Notes under the pieces: generated by a model | The model's input: the letters and a program-made list of their open reading frames with translations, nothing else | What the model was told of the DNA's origin: nothing | The model's database searches: none | Assembly: GCA_044070495.1 (NCBI GenBank) | Contig: JBIPSI010000002.1 | Coordinates: 64,001 to 128,000 of the forward strand | Source: Spirulina sp. | Lineage (GTDB): Bacteria; Cyanobacteriota; Cyanobacteriia; Phormidesmidales; Phormidesmidaceae | Length of the DNA stretch: 64,000 nucleotides | Direction: 5' to 3' | Position numbers and translations under genes: made by a program | Shown here: piece after piece, positions 29,957-40,285 of the stretch | Numbering within the stretch: the first letter of the stretch is position 1 | Layout of the letters: each line of letters opens with the position of its first letter

Positions 29957-31705
29957 ATGACCATGACCGATCTTGCTGACCATCGGATACCGCCCCTCGC
30001 GATACCTCAGTCCTTCCCAGGGCTTGGGATCCTCAATCACCTACCCGACGCCATTGTGGTGGTGGGCCATCAGGGTCAACTGCTGTTCTGTAATCACCAA
30101 GCCCAGGTGTTGCTATCGGGATATCTCGCTAGTCTCTGGGCCATGGATGGCGATGATCATGTCCGGGTGCTGGATCGTTACCACTGCCCCCTTGAGCAGA
30201 GTCAGCTACCCCTGCGGCGGATTGTGGCAGGGGAAACCCTAGAAAACGAAGAACTCATCCTGGTGCGGCGAGGGGCCGATCATCTGCTGTGGGTAGCGGT
30301 GAGTGGTGGCCCAGTGACGACCTACGGGACGGCGGCAGGCATCCTCTCGGTACGCAATATTTCAGGCAGGAAACAGCGAGAAGTCCAACTTCAGCGGCAG
30401 GCCTACCAAGATGCCCTAACGCAGTTGCCCAATCGGTCGGCCTTGATAGATCGAGTGAATAACCTCTTGGCCCAGGGGCGATCCCCAAATTCGATGGCAC
30501 TCCTCTTTATCGATCTAGATCGGTTTAAGGATGTCAACGATAACCTAGGGCACCAGGTGGGGAACCAATTGCTCACTGAGTTGGGCCAGCGTCTAAGGCG
30601 ATCTCTGCCAGCCCAGACTATGGCAGCCCGCATTGGGGGCGATGAGTTTGCGGCTTTGGTGGAACAGGGGGCCGTAGCAGATGCCATCGCTCTGGCCGAA
30701 AGTCTCCGACAGGCCATCATTCAACCCTTTCACTTGGCTAACCACGATATTTACGTGGACGCCAGCATTGGCATTGCCCCCGGCCCCGGAGACTACCGCC
30801 ACGCCGAGGACTGGCTGCGCGATGCCGATGCCGCCATGTATCAAGTCAAGGATCAACCCGATGGTCACTGGTGTATTTTCGATGGCTCATTACAGGCACA
30901 GCACAGCCATCGCATCCAGGTGGAAACCGCCCTGCGTCAAGCCCTAGAACGGGGAGAACTACGGCTGCACTACCAGCCCATTGTCACCATCAGCAACCAG
31001 GCCATCATCGGCTTTGAAGCCCTGGTTCGCTGGGAACACCCTGAGCGGGGGCTGCTGATGCCAGGGGAATTTATCGCCATGGCGGAGGCAAGCGGGTTGA
31101 TTATTCCCCTCAGTTGGTGGGTTTTAGAAGAAGCCTGCCAACAAATGCAAGCCTGGACTGAAGCCTATCCCGGCACCGCCCACTTCACCGTCAGCGTGAA
31201 CATGTCCAGCAAACAGTTTTTCCAGAAAAACCTGGTGGCCAAGGTTCAGGAAATCTTGACCAAAACGGGTTTCGATCCCCATCGCCTCAAGCTCGAAATC
31301 ACCGAGGGCGTGCTGATTGACCATTCCGAATCCATCATCGCCACCCTAGAAGAACTACGCGCCCTCGGCATTCGCCTAGCCGTCGATGACTTTGGTACCG
31401 GCTACTCCTCCCTCAGCTACCTGCACCGCTTCCCCTTCGATTGCCTTAAAATTGACCGATCTTTTATTGAAAACGCCGATCAAGATTTCGAGAAACTAGA
31501 AATCCTTCAATCCGTCGTTCGCCTTGCCTGGAACCTCGGCCTTGATGTGGTGGCCGAAGGCGTAGAAACCCACCGCCACTATGCCCAACTCAAGGCCCTA
31601 CGCTGCGAATCGGGGCAAGGATACCTGTTTTCTAGGCCCCTCCCCGCCGCCGCCGCCGAGGAAATGATTCAAGCGGAACTGAACAACCCCCACGAGGCCG
31701 ACTAG
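29957..31705 (+). CDS. PAS-GGDEF-EAL diguanylate cyclase/phosphodiesterase
   Basis: DALTQLPNR, intact GGDEF, EAL, DDFGTGYSS. Confidence 0.93.
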   Translation: MTMTDLADHRIPPLAIPQSFPGLGILNHLPDAIVVVGHQGQLLFCNHQAQVLLSGYLASLWAMDGDDHVRVLDRYHCPLEQSQLPLRRIVAGETLENEELILVRRGADHLLWVAVSGGPVTTYGTAAGILSVRNISGRKQREVQLQRQAYQDALTQLPNRSALIDRVNNLLAQGRSPNSMALLFIDLDRFKDVNDNLGHQVGNQLLTELGQRLRRSLPAQTMAARIGGDEFAALVEQGAVADAIALAESLRQAIIQPFHLANHDIYVDASIGIAPGPGDYRHAEDWLRDADAAMYQVKDQPDGHWCIFDGSLQAQHSHRIQVETALRQALERGELRLHYQPIVTISNQAIIGFEALVRWEHPERGLLMPGEFIAMAEASGLIIPLSWWVLEEACQQMQAWTEAYPGTAHFTVSVNMSSKQFFQKNLVAKVQEILTKTGFDPHRLKLEITEGVLIDHSESIIATLEELRALGIRLAVDDFGTGYSSLSYLHRFPFDCLKIDRSFIENADQDFEKLEILQSVVRLAWNLGLDVVAEGVETHRHYAQLKALRCESGQGYLFSRPLPAAAAEEMIQAELNNPHEAD

Positions 31706-31747
31706 GCCGTTAGTCCGCAACAAGGGTTAGGTTGGGATCCATCCAGC

Positions 31748-32518
31748 CTAGGACACCTCCCCAGGGTCAACACCCAATTGCCGGAGTCGTTCGGCAAGTT
31801 GTTCGGCCCGTTGGCGTTCTTGCTCGGCCCGTTGGCGTTCTTGCTCAGCCCGTTGGCGTTCCTGAGATACTTGCTCACTGCCCCACAGCAGCAGATGGCC
31901 ATTGGCATCCCACCAGCGCAGCCAGGTTGCGGTCATTTCCGCTTTTTTCCCAGACCAGAGGCCCAGAAAAAGGTTGAGTTCGGCAATCCAGTAGCGGCCT
32001 TGATCATCGACCTGCTGTTGGATGTACTGGCCATTGATCAGGCGGTAGAGATCGAGGGTTCCGGCCTGGGGTTGAAAAATCGCGTAGAGCGGCACTTGAA
32101 GAATGCGCTCATAGAAATACCATTTACCGTAGGGATAGTGGGGGTTGATGGAGTACTCGCTGCCCTCGGTCTCAGAAATAAACTCCATCACCAGGGTGGG
32201 AACATCGCCCTCGGCATGGGGGGTGTAGCTGCGGCGAACGTGGCCTTCTGGCACCGGATTGACCGAGGTCACATAGACCCAGTCCGGTGCTTTCACCACG
32301 GTTTTATCGCCCACGGTGGCGCAGAGACCAAAGTTCGTAGCAATCAGGGCCGATTCTAGGATCAGCCCAGCCAGTTCTAGGGCTTCACGCAGGGCAGCAG
32401 CCAGCAAAGGTTGAAGGGTATTATCCACAGGATCATCAGGCAGGGGAAAATCCGCTGGCAGTTTCTCCCAGGTGATGGGCGGTAGCGGGTTGAGGGGGCG
32501 ACGTTGGACAGTGGCCAT
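31748..32518 (-). CDS. Uma2 family endonuclease with QERQRAE heptad tail
   Basis: KAPDW, VMEFIS, WLRWWD; 21-bp tandem repeat at about 31800-31865. Confidence 0.9.
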   Translation of the reverse strand: MATVQRRPLNPLPPITWEKLPADFPLPDDPVDNTLQPLLAAALREALELAGLILESALIATNFGLCATVGDKTVVKAPDWVYVTSVNPVPEGHVRRSYTPHAEGDVPTLVMEFISETEGSEYSINPHYPYGKWYFYERILQVPLYAIFQPQAGTLDLYRLINGQYIQQQVDDQGRYWIAELNLFLGLWSGKKAEMTATWLRWWDANGHLLLWGSEQVSQERQRAEQERQRAEQERQRAEQLAERLRQLGVDPGEVS

Positions 32519-32626
32519 GGCAAATCCCCACGAACGGCACAGCAGTTGGCCCAAGTATGCAGGTCAATCATAGTACATTTCAACTCCAAAAATCGAGCTA
32601 CACTAATGGCACCCCTCGCCTCCCCC

Positions 32627-32700
32627 CTAACCTTCTAACCTTCTAACCTTCCAACCTCCCACCCCTCTAACCTTCCAACCTCCCACCCTTCCACCCCCCC
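32627..32700. repeat. Octamer tandem repeat (CTAACCTT/CCAACCTC variants)
   Basis: About nine degenerate 8-mers directly upstream of dnaG. Confidence 0.8.
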
Positions 32701-32705
32701 TGCCC

Positions 32706-34667
32706 ATGGACACCCCTCGCCTCCACCCCGACACCATCGAAGCGGTACGGGATCGCGTCGATATTGTGGATGTGGTATCGCAGCATGTGGTGCTCAAAAA
32801 ACAGGGCAAAGATTTCGTCGGCCTCTGTCCCTTCCACGAGGACAAATCCCCCAGTTTTAGCGTTAGCCCCAGCAAGCAGTTTTACTATTGCTTTTCCTGT
32901 GGGGCGGGGGGCAATGCCTTTAAGTTTTTGATGGAGCTAAATAAGCGCTCCTTTGCCGATGTGGTGCTAGATTTAGCCCAGCGCTACCAGGTGCCTGTCA
33001 CCACGCTGGAACCCGCTAAACGCCAGGAACTTCAGCGTCAGCTTACCCTACGAGAACAGCTCTACGAAATTCTGGCCCTCACCTCCCGATTCTACGAACA
33101 TGCCCTACACCAAAGCGACGGGGCCGAAGCCCTCGCCTACCTGCGGGAAAAGCGCGAGTTAGAAGAAGCCACGATTCAGAAGTTTCAATTAGGCTTTGCG
33201 CCCGGAGGGTGGCAGACCCTTTACGACTATTTAATTGAGCAAAAAAACTACCCCGTAGACCTGGTAGAAAAGGCGGGCTTAATTGTGCCGCGCAAAAAGG
33301 GCGAAGGCTACTACGACCGCTTCCGGGAACGGCTGATGATCCCCATCCGCGATGCCCAGAGCCGGGTGATTGGCTTTGGCGGACGCGCCCTAGGCGACGA
33401 AAAACCCAAATACCTCAACTCGCCGGATACGGAACTGTTTGACAAGGGCAAAACCCTCTACGGCCTAGATTTAGCCCGTGCCGCCATCGCCAAACAGGAT
33501 CGCGCCATTGTGGTGGAGGGCTACTTTGACGTGATTGCCCTCCACGCCGCCGGATTTGAAAACGCTGTCGCCGCCCTCGGTACCGCCATCAACGCCGCCC
33601 AGGTGCGCCAAGTCTTGCGCTACACCGAATCTAAGCAGGTGTTGCTGAACTTTGACGCCGATGCCGCCGGGGTGAAGGCCGCCCAGCGGGCCATCGGTGA
33701 AGTGGAGGAAATGGCCTATCGTGGCGATGTGCAACTACGGGTGCTAAACATCCCCGATGGCAAAGACCCCGACGAATTTTTGCGCCACCACAGCCCCGCC
33801 GACTACCGCGATCTGGTCAACGATGCGCCCCTGTGGATCGACTGGCAAATCCACAACCTGATCCAGGGCAAAGACCTGCGCCAAGCCGACCAGTTTCAGC
33901 AAACCACCCAAGCCGTGGTGAAACTGCTGGGCGACATCGCCAACGCCGACACCCGCACCCACTACGTCCGCTACTGCGCCGAAATTTTCAGCAATGGCGA
34001 CAGCCGCCTGGTGCCCCTGCTGGCGGAAAATCTGATTACCCAAGTGCGCCGCCAACGCCGCGCCACCTCCAGCGACCCCAGCCCCAGCCGCACCCTGCCC
34101 AGCGCCACCCCCAGCGGTAGCTCCCTCGAACAGGCCGAAGCCGCTCTGTTGCGGGTGTTCCTTCACCACCCCACCAGCCGCGAGGAAATCTGTCAAGTTC
34201 TAGAAGATCGCGACCTCCAGTTCAGCTACTCCCACCATCGCGCCCTGTGGCGACAAATGCAGCACCTGCTTACCCCCAGATCCAACGCTCCAGACTCGTC
34301 CACCACTGACCTCGTTGGCCTGCTCCGTAACCAGTTTGCCGATTCGGGGGTGACCAACCCCCACCTACAAGCCTTGCTGCACCTGGGCGAAAAGACCAAA
34401 CGCGACATCATCCGCGCCCCGCTGATTATCCGCGCCGCCGCCGCCTGCATGGAAAAAAACCTCTGCGAAAAGCGCTATCGTCATTTTTTGAATCTCTGGG
34501 AAAAGACCGACTGCGCCGCCGAGTCAGAACAATTCGCCTACTACCAAAGCCAAATCTACGCCGAAAAACGCCGCATCGAAGCCCTCGACAAGGAACGCCA
34601 GGTCACCTTTGAAGACCTGGCGGCCCTGCCCTGGGTGGGAGAACAGTATGATTCGCTGGATCGGTAG
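32706..34667 (+). CDS. dnaG: DNA primase
   Basis: CPFH...CFSC zinc finger, KYLNSPDT, VEGYFD, DADAAG Toprim. Confidence 0.97.
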   Translation: MDTPRLHPDTIEAVRDRVDIVDVVSQHVVLKKQGKDFVGLCPFHEDKSPSFSVSPSKQFYYCFSCGAGGNAFKFLMELNKRSFADVVLDLAQRYQVPVTTLEPAKRQELQRQLTLREQLYEILALTSRFYEHALHQSDGAEALAYLREKRELEEATIQKFQLGFAPGGWQTLYDYLIEQKNYPVDLVEKAGLIVPRKKGEGYYDRFRERLMIPIRDAQSRVIGFGGRALGDEKPKYLNSPDTELFDKGKTLYGLDLARAAIAKQDRAIVVEGYFDVIALHAAGFENAVAALGTAINAAQVRQVLRYTESKQVLLNFDADAAGVKAAQRAIGEVEEMAYRGDVQLRVLNIPDGKDPDEFLRHHSPADYRDLVNDAPLWIDWQIHNLIQGKDLRQADQFQQTTQAVVKLLGDIANADTRTHYVRYCAEIFSNGDSRLVPLLAENLITQVRRQRRATSSDPSPSRTLPSATPSGSSLEQAEAALLRVFLHHPTSREEICQVLEDRDLQFSYSHHRALWRQMQHLLTPRSNAPDSSTTDLVGLLRNQFADSGVTNPHLQALLHLGEKTKRDIIRAPLIIRAAAACMEKNLCEKRYRHFLNLWEKTDCAAESEQFAYYQSQIYAEKRRIEALDKERQVTFEDLAALPWVGEQYDSLDR

Positions 34668-34724
34668 GACGGGGGGATCGGTTCGCGTCAGCCCGCGTAG
34701 GTAGGAGGACGGTAGTGAGGGCAA

Positions 34725-34767
34725 TGTCTTAGGGGATACTTTTCTGCCTTAAGACAATCTTTACAAT
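34725..34767 (+). promoter_or_regulatory. NtcA-like box plus -10 of codB
   Basis: TGTC-ttagggga-TAC (GTN10AC), 22 nt, then TACAAT. Confidence 0.6.
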
Positions 34768-34796
34768 GCCGCCAAACATCTACCTTGCTTTACCCA

Positions 34797-36089
34797 ATGG
34801 CCACTACCACCGAACCCCCGGTTACTCAGCCCAAGCGGGGCAATGAAGACTATCCCCTCAGTCCCGTCCCGATCTCGGCCCGCCGTTCGTTAATCTCCCT
34901 GGCCCCTATCCTGGCCGGATTTACGCTTTACTCTGGCACCCTGTTTGCTGGGGGTCTGGTTGGCCCCTCGTTTCAGTTTTGGCCCAACTTAGTCGGCCTG
35001 ATTCTGATTGGCAACCTAATTCTGGGCCTCTACGCTGCCCTACTGGGCTACATTGCCGGAGAGACCGGACTGACCACGGTGCTGATGGCCCGCTTTAGCT
35101 TTGGCAACGTGGGATCTCGCTGGGTGGATTTTATTTTGGGCTTCACCCAAATTGGCTGGTATGCCTGGGGTTCTGCCCTGATGGCCCAATTACTGAACAG
35201 CCTAGCCGGAGTGCCCGAATCCTGGAACGGCCTGATTATTTTGTTCTTTACCTACGCCTTTTGCTCCACCGCCTACTTTGGCTACACCGCCATGGATTGG
35301 CTGAGCCGTCTAGCGGTTCCGGCCATGGTGGTGCTGATGGCCATGAGTCTCTCCGTCGCGGCGGGGGATGTGGGGGGCTTCGCCGGCCTCCAGGCCCTTG
35401 AGGTGGCCGATCCCCTGCCCCTGAGTGTGGCCATTACCATCATCGTGGGCACCTTTGTCTCCGGGGGCACCCAGGCCACCAACTGGAGCCGCTTTGCCCG
35501 CAACGGCAAGGTGGGGTTCATTGCCACGCTAATCGCCTTCTTTTTGGGCAACGGCTTTTTGATTTTCTCTGGGGCCTTCTGCGCCAAGGTCTACGGCGAA
35601 CCCGACATCGTCCAGGTGATGGCCCAGCAGGGCTTACTGGTGGGGGGGCTGATCCTATTCTTCCTGAATATGTGGACGACCCAAGACAACACCATCTACG
35701 CCTTTTCCATCGCCGGATCGAATATGTTTCGCACCAGCAAGCGCACCCTGTTTGTGCTGGGGGGAGCCACCCTGGCCCTGTTCATGGCCTGGGGCGGCAT
35801 CTACGCCATGCTGGTGAACTACCTGATTTTGCTGGGCACTTTCATCCCCCCCATCGGCGGCATCATCATGGCTGACTACTGGGTTCACCGCCAAGGGCAA
35901 TTTCCTTCCCTCGATACACCCCTGCCCGCCTTTCACTGGCCAGGGATTATTGCCTACGTCATTGCCTCGATGATTGCCTACGGTTCTAGCCAGTTTAGCT
36001 GGGGAATTGTTCCCATCAATGGGATTGTCTCCGCCGCTGCCATTTACATTGTGCTCAGTAAAGTCTGGCCCCGTTCAACTAATCCCTAA
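34797..36089 (+). CDS. codB: Cytosine permease (NCS1 family)
   Basis: GFTQIGWYAWG, NMWTTQDNTIY, FIPPIGGIIMADY. Confidence 0.88.
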   Translation: MATTTEPPVTQPKRGNEDYPLSPVPISARRSLISLAPILAGFTLYSGTLFAGGLVGPSFQFWPNLVGLILIGNLILGLYAALLGYIAGETGLTTVLMARFSFGNVGSRWVDFILGFTQIGWYAWGSALMAQLLNSLAGVPESWNGLIILFFTYAFCSTAYFGYTAMDWLSRLAVPAMVVLMAMSLSVAAGDVGGFAGLQALEVADPLPLSVAITIIVGTFVSGGTQATNWSRFARNGKVGFIATLIAFFLGNGFLIFSGAFCAKVYGEPDIVQVMAQQGLLVGGLILFFLNMWTTQDNTIYAFSIAGSNMFRTSKRTLFVLGGATLALFMAWGGIYAMLVNYLILLGTFIPPIGGIIMADYWVHRQGQFPSLDTPLPAFHWPGIIAYVIASMIAYGSSQFSWGIVPINGIVSAAAIYIVLSKVWPRSTNP

Positions 36090-36196
36090 CTGACCAAAAC
36101 TGACCAAAAGATCAGTTCAACGTCCAGTCTGCCAATTTCTTGATCTGGTTGCTTGACAAGAGACGCTGCATCAAACACGGCAAGATCATTTCTACG

Positions 36197-36252
36197 GTAG
36201 GGGTCAGGTCTCCTGACCCTCCAATGAATCTAAATTCTGGCAAGCTTTGTCA
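36197..36252 (+). repeat. REP-like element GTAGGGGTCAGGTCTCCTGACCCT with conserved flank
   Basis: Matches the reverse complement of 55137..55193 over about 57 bp. Confidence 0.75.
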
Positions 36253-36809
36253 GTCCAACAGCTTTTTGACTGATCGTTGCTTTCAATAAGGATGAGACTA
36301 TTAGGACTTGAAACCCTCAGCCTAATAGGATTTCAGGATCCAAGGAGCTAGCTTGAATGACTATATTTTCTCTACATACAACAACACCCATTCCCTGTTT
36401 CAAGGAACTTCCTAGCCTTGTTCTAGCCTTCATGGAGGGAAACCACTCGCAGACCAAAACGATCCTTTAGCGTGTGTTTCTCAAAGCTCCCTGCTTACTA
36501 CTTTAGGAAGTATTGAATGTGGGACTGGGTGCCGTTGGTTAAGCGAGACAGATGAGACGTTAACAGCGCTTTCACTCCTTCTTGTGTGTGGACATTTGGC
36601 TGTTTAATCTGCCAGGGGAACCTTATCAGTTCCATATTCAATATATCGCAAATGTCTTGGAATCCTAGGGAATGAAAAGATAGTTAATACAGTTGTTTTT
36701 CTCAACTAAAGGAAAAATCTAGAACGGTCACCAAATCACCATGAACCGGGAGTTTGCCCTGGTTAACATTTCGTTGCCAAGCTTTCGTCGCTAACCCTTC
36801 GTTGCCCAG

Positions 36810-37691
36810 CTACGCCTTGGCGTTAACGAAAGCCTGGAGGCAATCCACCACCCGTTCAGGGCGTTCTAGGTGGGGCAGTACCCCGGCATCGGGAATTTCA
36901 TCTACGCTCTGCACCGCCTGGGGATTGAGGCTGGCTAGGCGGCGGGTAATCGCTGGCGGGGTGAACCGGGATTTTTCCCCCAGAATGATGTGGGTGGGAA
37001 CCGTAAGCTGGCCGATGTAGCGGGATAGATCGAAACTGATGGTGCCGTTGAGGGAAGCCAGGGCGGCGTATTGGGCGTTGGGCTGTTGGGTACAGGCGAG
37101 GTAAGCCTGCACCATGTCTTCGGTGATGCGGCTGGGGTTGGCGAACAGAAACGTAGACAAAAATCCCCGTACCGCTAGTTCGTTGGCGGCCCCCAGTTGG
37201 TAAAGCAGCGTATCGACCCCTGGGGTACCAGCCAGCAGGGCAGGCAAACTGGCCCGATAGTCGCGGCCAAAGTCGCCATTGCCGGAGGGGGAAACCAAAA
37301 ACAATCCCTTGAATAAATCAGGACGCTGGGTGGCCAGCCGAATCACTACCCCCGCCGTCAGGGAAGTCGCAACCACAAGGGCCGGAGGTTCCGCCAGGGA
37401 CTCTAATAGGTGAGTGATGACCTGGAAATAGTCCTCAACTTGATAATTGCGTACAGGGTGGGCCGATTGTCCCCAGCCGATCAGGTCGGGGGCGATCACC
37501 CGATGGCTGTGCCCAAAGGCTGGATAGACCTTAGACCACTCGAAGGCCGAAGACCCACCCCCTAGGCTGTGGAGAAATACCAGGGGCGGGTGTTGTGCCT
37601 CTGGTGGGTGGGGATAGGTGTAATAGGCCATGACACCGAGGGGCGTGGCCAAAACCCGCTGAACAAAGCCCGGTGGCTGGAACTGAAGCAC
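36810..37691 (-). CDS. Alpha/beta fold hydrolase
   Basis: LVFLHSLGGG, APDLIGWG, VLPHLE. Confidence 0.88.
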   Translation of the reverse strand: MLQFQPPGFVQRVLATPLGVMAYYTYPHPPEAQHPPLVFLHSLGGGSSAFEWSKVYPAFGHSHRVIAPDLIGWGQSAHPVRNYQVEDYFQVITHLLESLAEPPALVVATSLTAGVVIRLATQRPDLFKGLFLVSPSGNGDFGRDYRASLPALLAGTPGVDTLLYQLGAANELAVRGFLSTFLFANPSRITEDMVQAYLACTQQPNAQYAALASLNGTISFDLSRYIGQLTVPTHIILGEKSRFTPPAITRRLASLNPQAVQSVDEIPDAGVLPHLERPERVVDCLQAFVNAKA

Positions 37692-37769
37692 AGCGCAATA
37701 GTCCTCAGATAACGCCCCATAGTGCAGCCGTCAATTTAGACGGAAGCAAGGGGTAGATAAGTTTGGGGA

Positions 37770-37856
37770 CGGAGAGAGAGGGATTCGAACCCTCGTTAGA
37801 GTTTCCCCTAAACAGCATTTCCAGTGCTGCGCCTTCAACCGCTCGGCCATCTCTCC
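37770..37856 (-). tRNA. tRNA-Ser (GGA)
   Basis: GGAGAGATGGCCGAGCGG...CTGGAAA...GGTTCGAATCC with long variable arm. Confidence 0.96.
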
Positions 37857-37994
37857 AGGGTGTGGGGTAGCGTTTTGCCACCGAGTTGTAATGGTATCAA
37901 AAAAAAGACCCAAAACACCAGAGTTTGTTTGGGAAGGAATTTTTCGTGAGAGCATAGGGGCGTACTACCCATCATTCCGGTTCTAATCGGCGCT

Positions 37995-38363
37995 ATGGCC
38001 TCTACCCACACCGTCACCGTCCACCATCGCAGCACCAACCAGACCTACCAGTTCCAGGTGCCCGAAGATCGCTACATCCTCCACACCGCCGAAAGCCAGG
38101 GGATAGACCTACCCTTCTCCTGCCGCAACGGAGCCTGTACCACCTGTGCTGTGCGGGTGCTAGAGGGCGATCTGGAACAACCGGAGGCCATGGGGCTGTC
38201 TCCTGACCTGCGCCAACAGGGCTATGCGCTGCTGTGCGTGAGCTATGCCCGCAGCGACCTGCGCGTCGAAACCCAGGACGAAGACGAGGTCTACGAGCTT
38301 CAGTTTGGCCGCTACTTTGGCAAGGGCAAAGTTCGCTTTGGTCTGCCCTTAGAGGACGACTAG
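37995..38363 (+). CDS. fed2: 2Fe-2S ferredoxin, Fed2/FdC2 type
   Basis: CRNGACTTC...LLC and the EDEVYELQFGRYF C-terminal extension. Confidence 0.85.
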   Translation: MASTHTVTVHHRSTNQTYQFQVPEDRYILHTAESQGIDLPFSCRNGACTTCAVRVLEGDLEQPEAMGLSPDLRQQGYALLCVSYARSDLRVETQDEDEVYELQFGRYFGKGKVRFGLPLEDD

Positions 38364-38424
38364 CGCACGACTCCGGCAAAGACGAAATCCTGACCCATTC
38401 TCCTCTGTCGATTCTGTCGATGCT

Positions 38425-39237
38425 CTAGAGGGTATCGGGATCAATGCCCAGTTCCCTTAGTTTTTGGGCCAGACGTTCGGCCCGCTGGCGTTCGGTGGAT
38501 TGGCCCTCGGCCCCGGTGGGGATGACTTGCCCGCATCGGTCGCACCATCGCAGCCACAGGCGAGGGGTTTCTTCTTCGTAGGCTCCAAACCACAGGGTTA
38601 GCCCTAGCCCAATGCCGTCTAGCCACACAGTCTGGCCCACGTCGGTGAGGCCTGAGGGAGGCGAAAATTCTACATAGCCTGTGGGGGAAATCGTCCACAC
38701 CCGCAAGAGCGCCCCGGCCATGTTGGCATCGCCCTGAATTTGCTGGAGGGGGTCAAATACCACGTAGTAGGGCACCTTCATCTGGGCATAGCGGGCCTTC
38801 TTGCTGCGAACCTTGCCTCGGCGCTGGGATTTTGAACTCAGTTCAATCTCATCGCCCTCCTGGTTGGAGACAATCTCGATGCAAACTTCAGGCACCTTGC
38901 CAAATTGCCAGACAAAGTAGGTGCGGTTGTCCCGCTGGGAAAAGTCCTCCGCCCGCTTCACCCCCAAACTGAGCAGCACACCGGGCACGATGGGGTCGCC
39001 CTTCAGCTCGTAAAACAGGCCCACATTGGCTTCGGCAAGGAAGGGGGCGGGAATGGGTTGGGTACTGTAGAGCGGGTCGATCAGGAGTCGCTGCTGTTGG
39101 GCCGACTGAAAGTTGTCCACGGGGGTATCGTCTTCGATCACAAGGTGGCGGGTGTCGATGGCGGTGACGATGCCATTCGGGTGCTCGTCGGAGACTTCCA
39201 GGGTGCAGGGTTCTGGGTTGATCAGGGGTTGAGTCAT
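38425..39237 (-). CDS. Uma2 family protein
   Basis: EDDTPVDN, PEVCIEIVS, YYVVFDP, WLRWCD. Confidence 0.88.
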   Translation of the reverse strand: MTQPLINPEPCTLEVSDEHPNGIVTAIDTRHLVIEDDTPVDNFQSAQQQRLLIDPLYSTQPIPAPFLAEANVGLFYELKGDPIVPGVLLSLGVKRAEDFSQRDNRTYFVWQFGKVPEVCIEIVSNQEGDEIELSSKSQRRGKVRSKKARYAQMKVPYYVVFDPLQQIQGDANMAGALLRVWTISPTGYVEFSPPSGLTDVGQTVWLDGIGLGLTLWFGAYEEETPRLWLRWCDRCGQVIPTGAEGQSTERQRAERLAQKLRELGIDPDTL

Positions 39238-39445
39238 GGACGGCCCTCCGATGATTACGTCCCATTATAGGCGGCGACAGGGCGGCGGCGGGGAGGGCTG
39301 GAAGGTGGCTTGGGAGATGGCTTGGGCAGCGGGGGGATAGGCGTAATGGGAGTTGGAGAGGGTAGAGCGCGAATAGGGGGTAATCTGGTATCGTAGCGAC
39401 TCAGCACGACTCAGCTTGGTCGCCTGTTGCAACCCCTCTGCCACA

Positions 39446-40285
39446 ATGACTTTTCCCTCCGACCGTGACTTGCAAACCTGGCTGGATGTGGCCACCGAAG
39501 CAGCCCAAGCCGCTGGGGCGGTGCTTCAGCACTACTGGGGCAATCTCCAGGATGTGCGGGAAAAGGGCCGTTCTGGGGATTTGGTGACGGAGGCCGACCG
39601 GGCGGCGGAGGCGGCAGTGATGGCGGTGATGGAACGCCACCTGCCTACGGATCACGGCATTTTGGCGGAGGAATCCGGGGCATCGGGCCAGGGGGGGAGC
39701 GCCTTTCTCTGGGCCATTGACCCCCTGGATGGCACCACGAATTACACCCACCAATACCCCTTTTGCTCGGTGTCCATTGGCCTGCTGTTTGAGGGCGAAC
39801 CGATTTTAGGGGTGGTGTACAACCCCATGTTGAACGAGCTATTCCTAGGGGCAAAGGGTCTGGGAGCCACCCTCAACCGTCAGCCCATGCGGGTTTCCAC
39901 TACGGACAACTTGGCCCAAAGCCTGCTGGTCACGGGGTTTGCCTACGACCGTCGCGACACCGCCGACAATAACTATGCCGAGTTTTGTCAGTTCACCCAT
40001 CTCACCCAGGGGGTGCGGCGGGGCGGATCGGCGGCGGTGGATTTGGCCTACGTGGCCTGCGGTCGCCTGGATGGCTACTGGGAAAGGGGTCTATCGCCCT
40101 GGGACATTACCGCTGGCATCGCCCTGGTGCGGGAGGCGGGGGGCACAGTCACCGCCTACGACCAAAGCCCCCTTGTGGTGAAAAGTGGGCGACTGTTGGC
40201 TACCAATGGCCACATCCATGGAGCCATGGCCACGGTGCTCCAGCAGGTGAAGCCCCTAGATTTCGTACCCTTGGCTCAGCCCTAA
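39446..40285 (+). CDS. suhB: Inositol monophosphatase family protein
   Basis: WAIDPLDGTTNY, GSAAVDLAYVACGR, PWDITAG. Confidence 0.9.
   Translation: MTFPSDRDLQTWLDVATEAAQAAGAVLQHYWGNLQDVREKGRSGDLVTEADRAAEAAVMAVMERHLPTDHGILAEESGASGQGGSAFLWAIDPLDGTTNYTHQYPFCSVSIGLLFEGEPILGVVYNPMLNELFLGAKGLGATLNRQPMRVSTTDNLAQSLLVTGFAYDRRDTADNNYAEFCQFTHLTQGVRRGGSAAVDLAYVACGRLDGYWERGLSPWDITAGIALVREAGGTVTAYDQSPLVVKSGRLLATNGHIHGAMATVLQQVKPLDFVPLAQP

Noticed and set aside
31800..31865. 21-bp tandem repeat
   Set aside because: Coding QERQRAE heptads, common in Uma2 tails.
37770..37856. tRNA-Ser (and tRNA-Val at 54054) as island integration sites
   Set aside because: No integrase and no duplicated tRNA 3' end seen.
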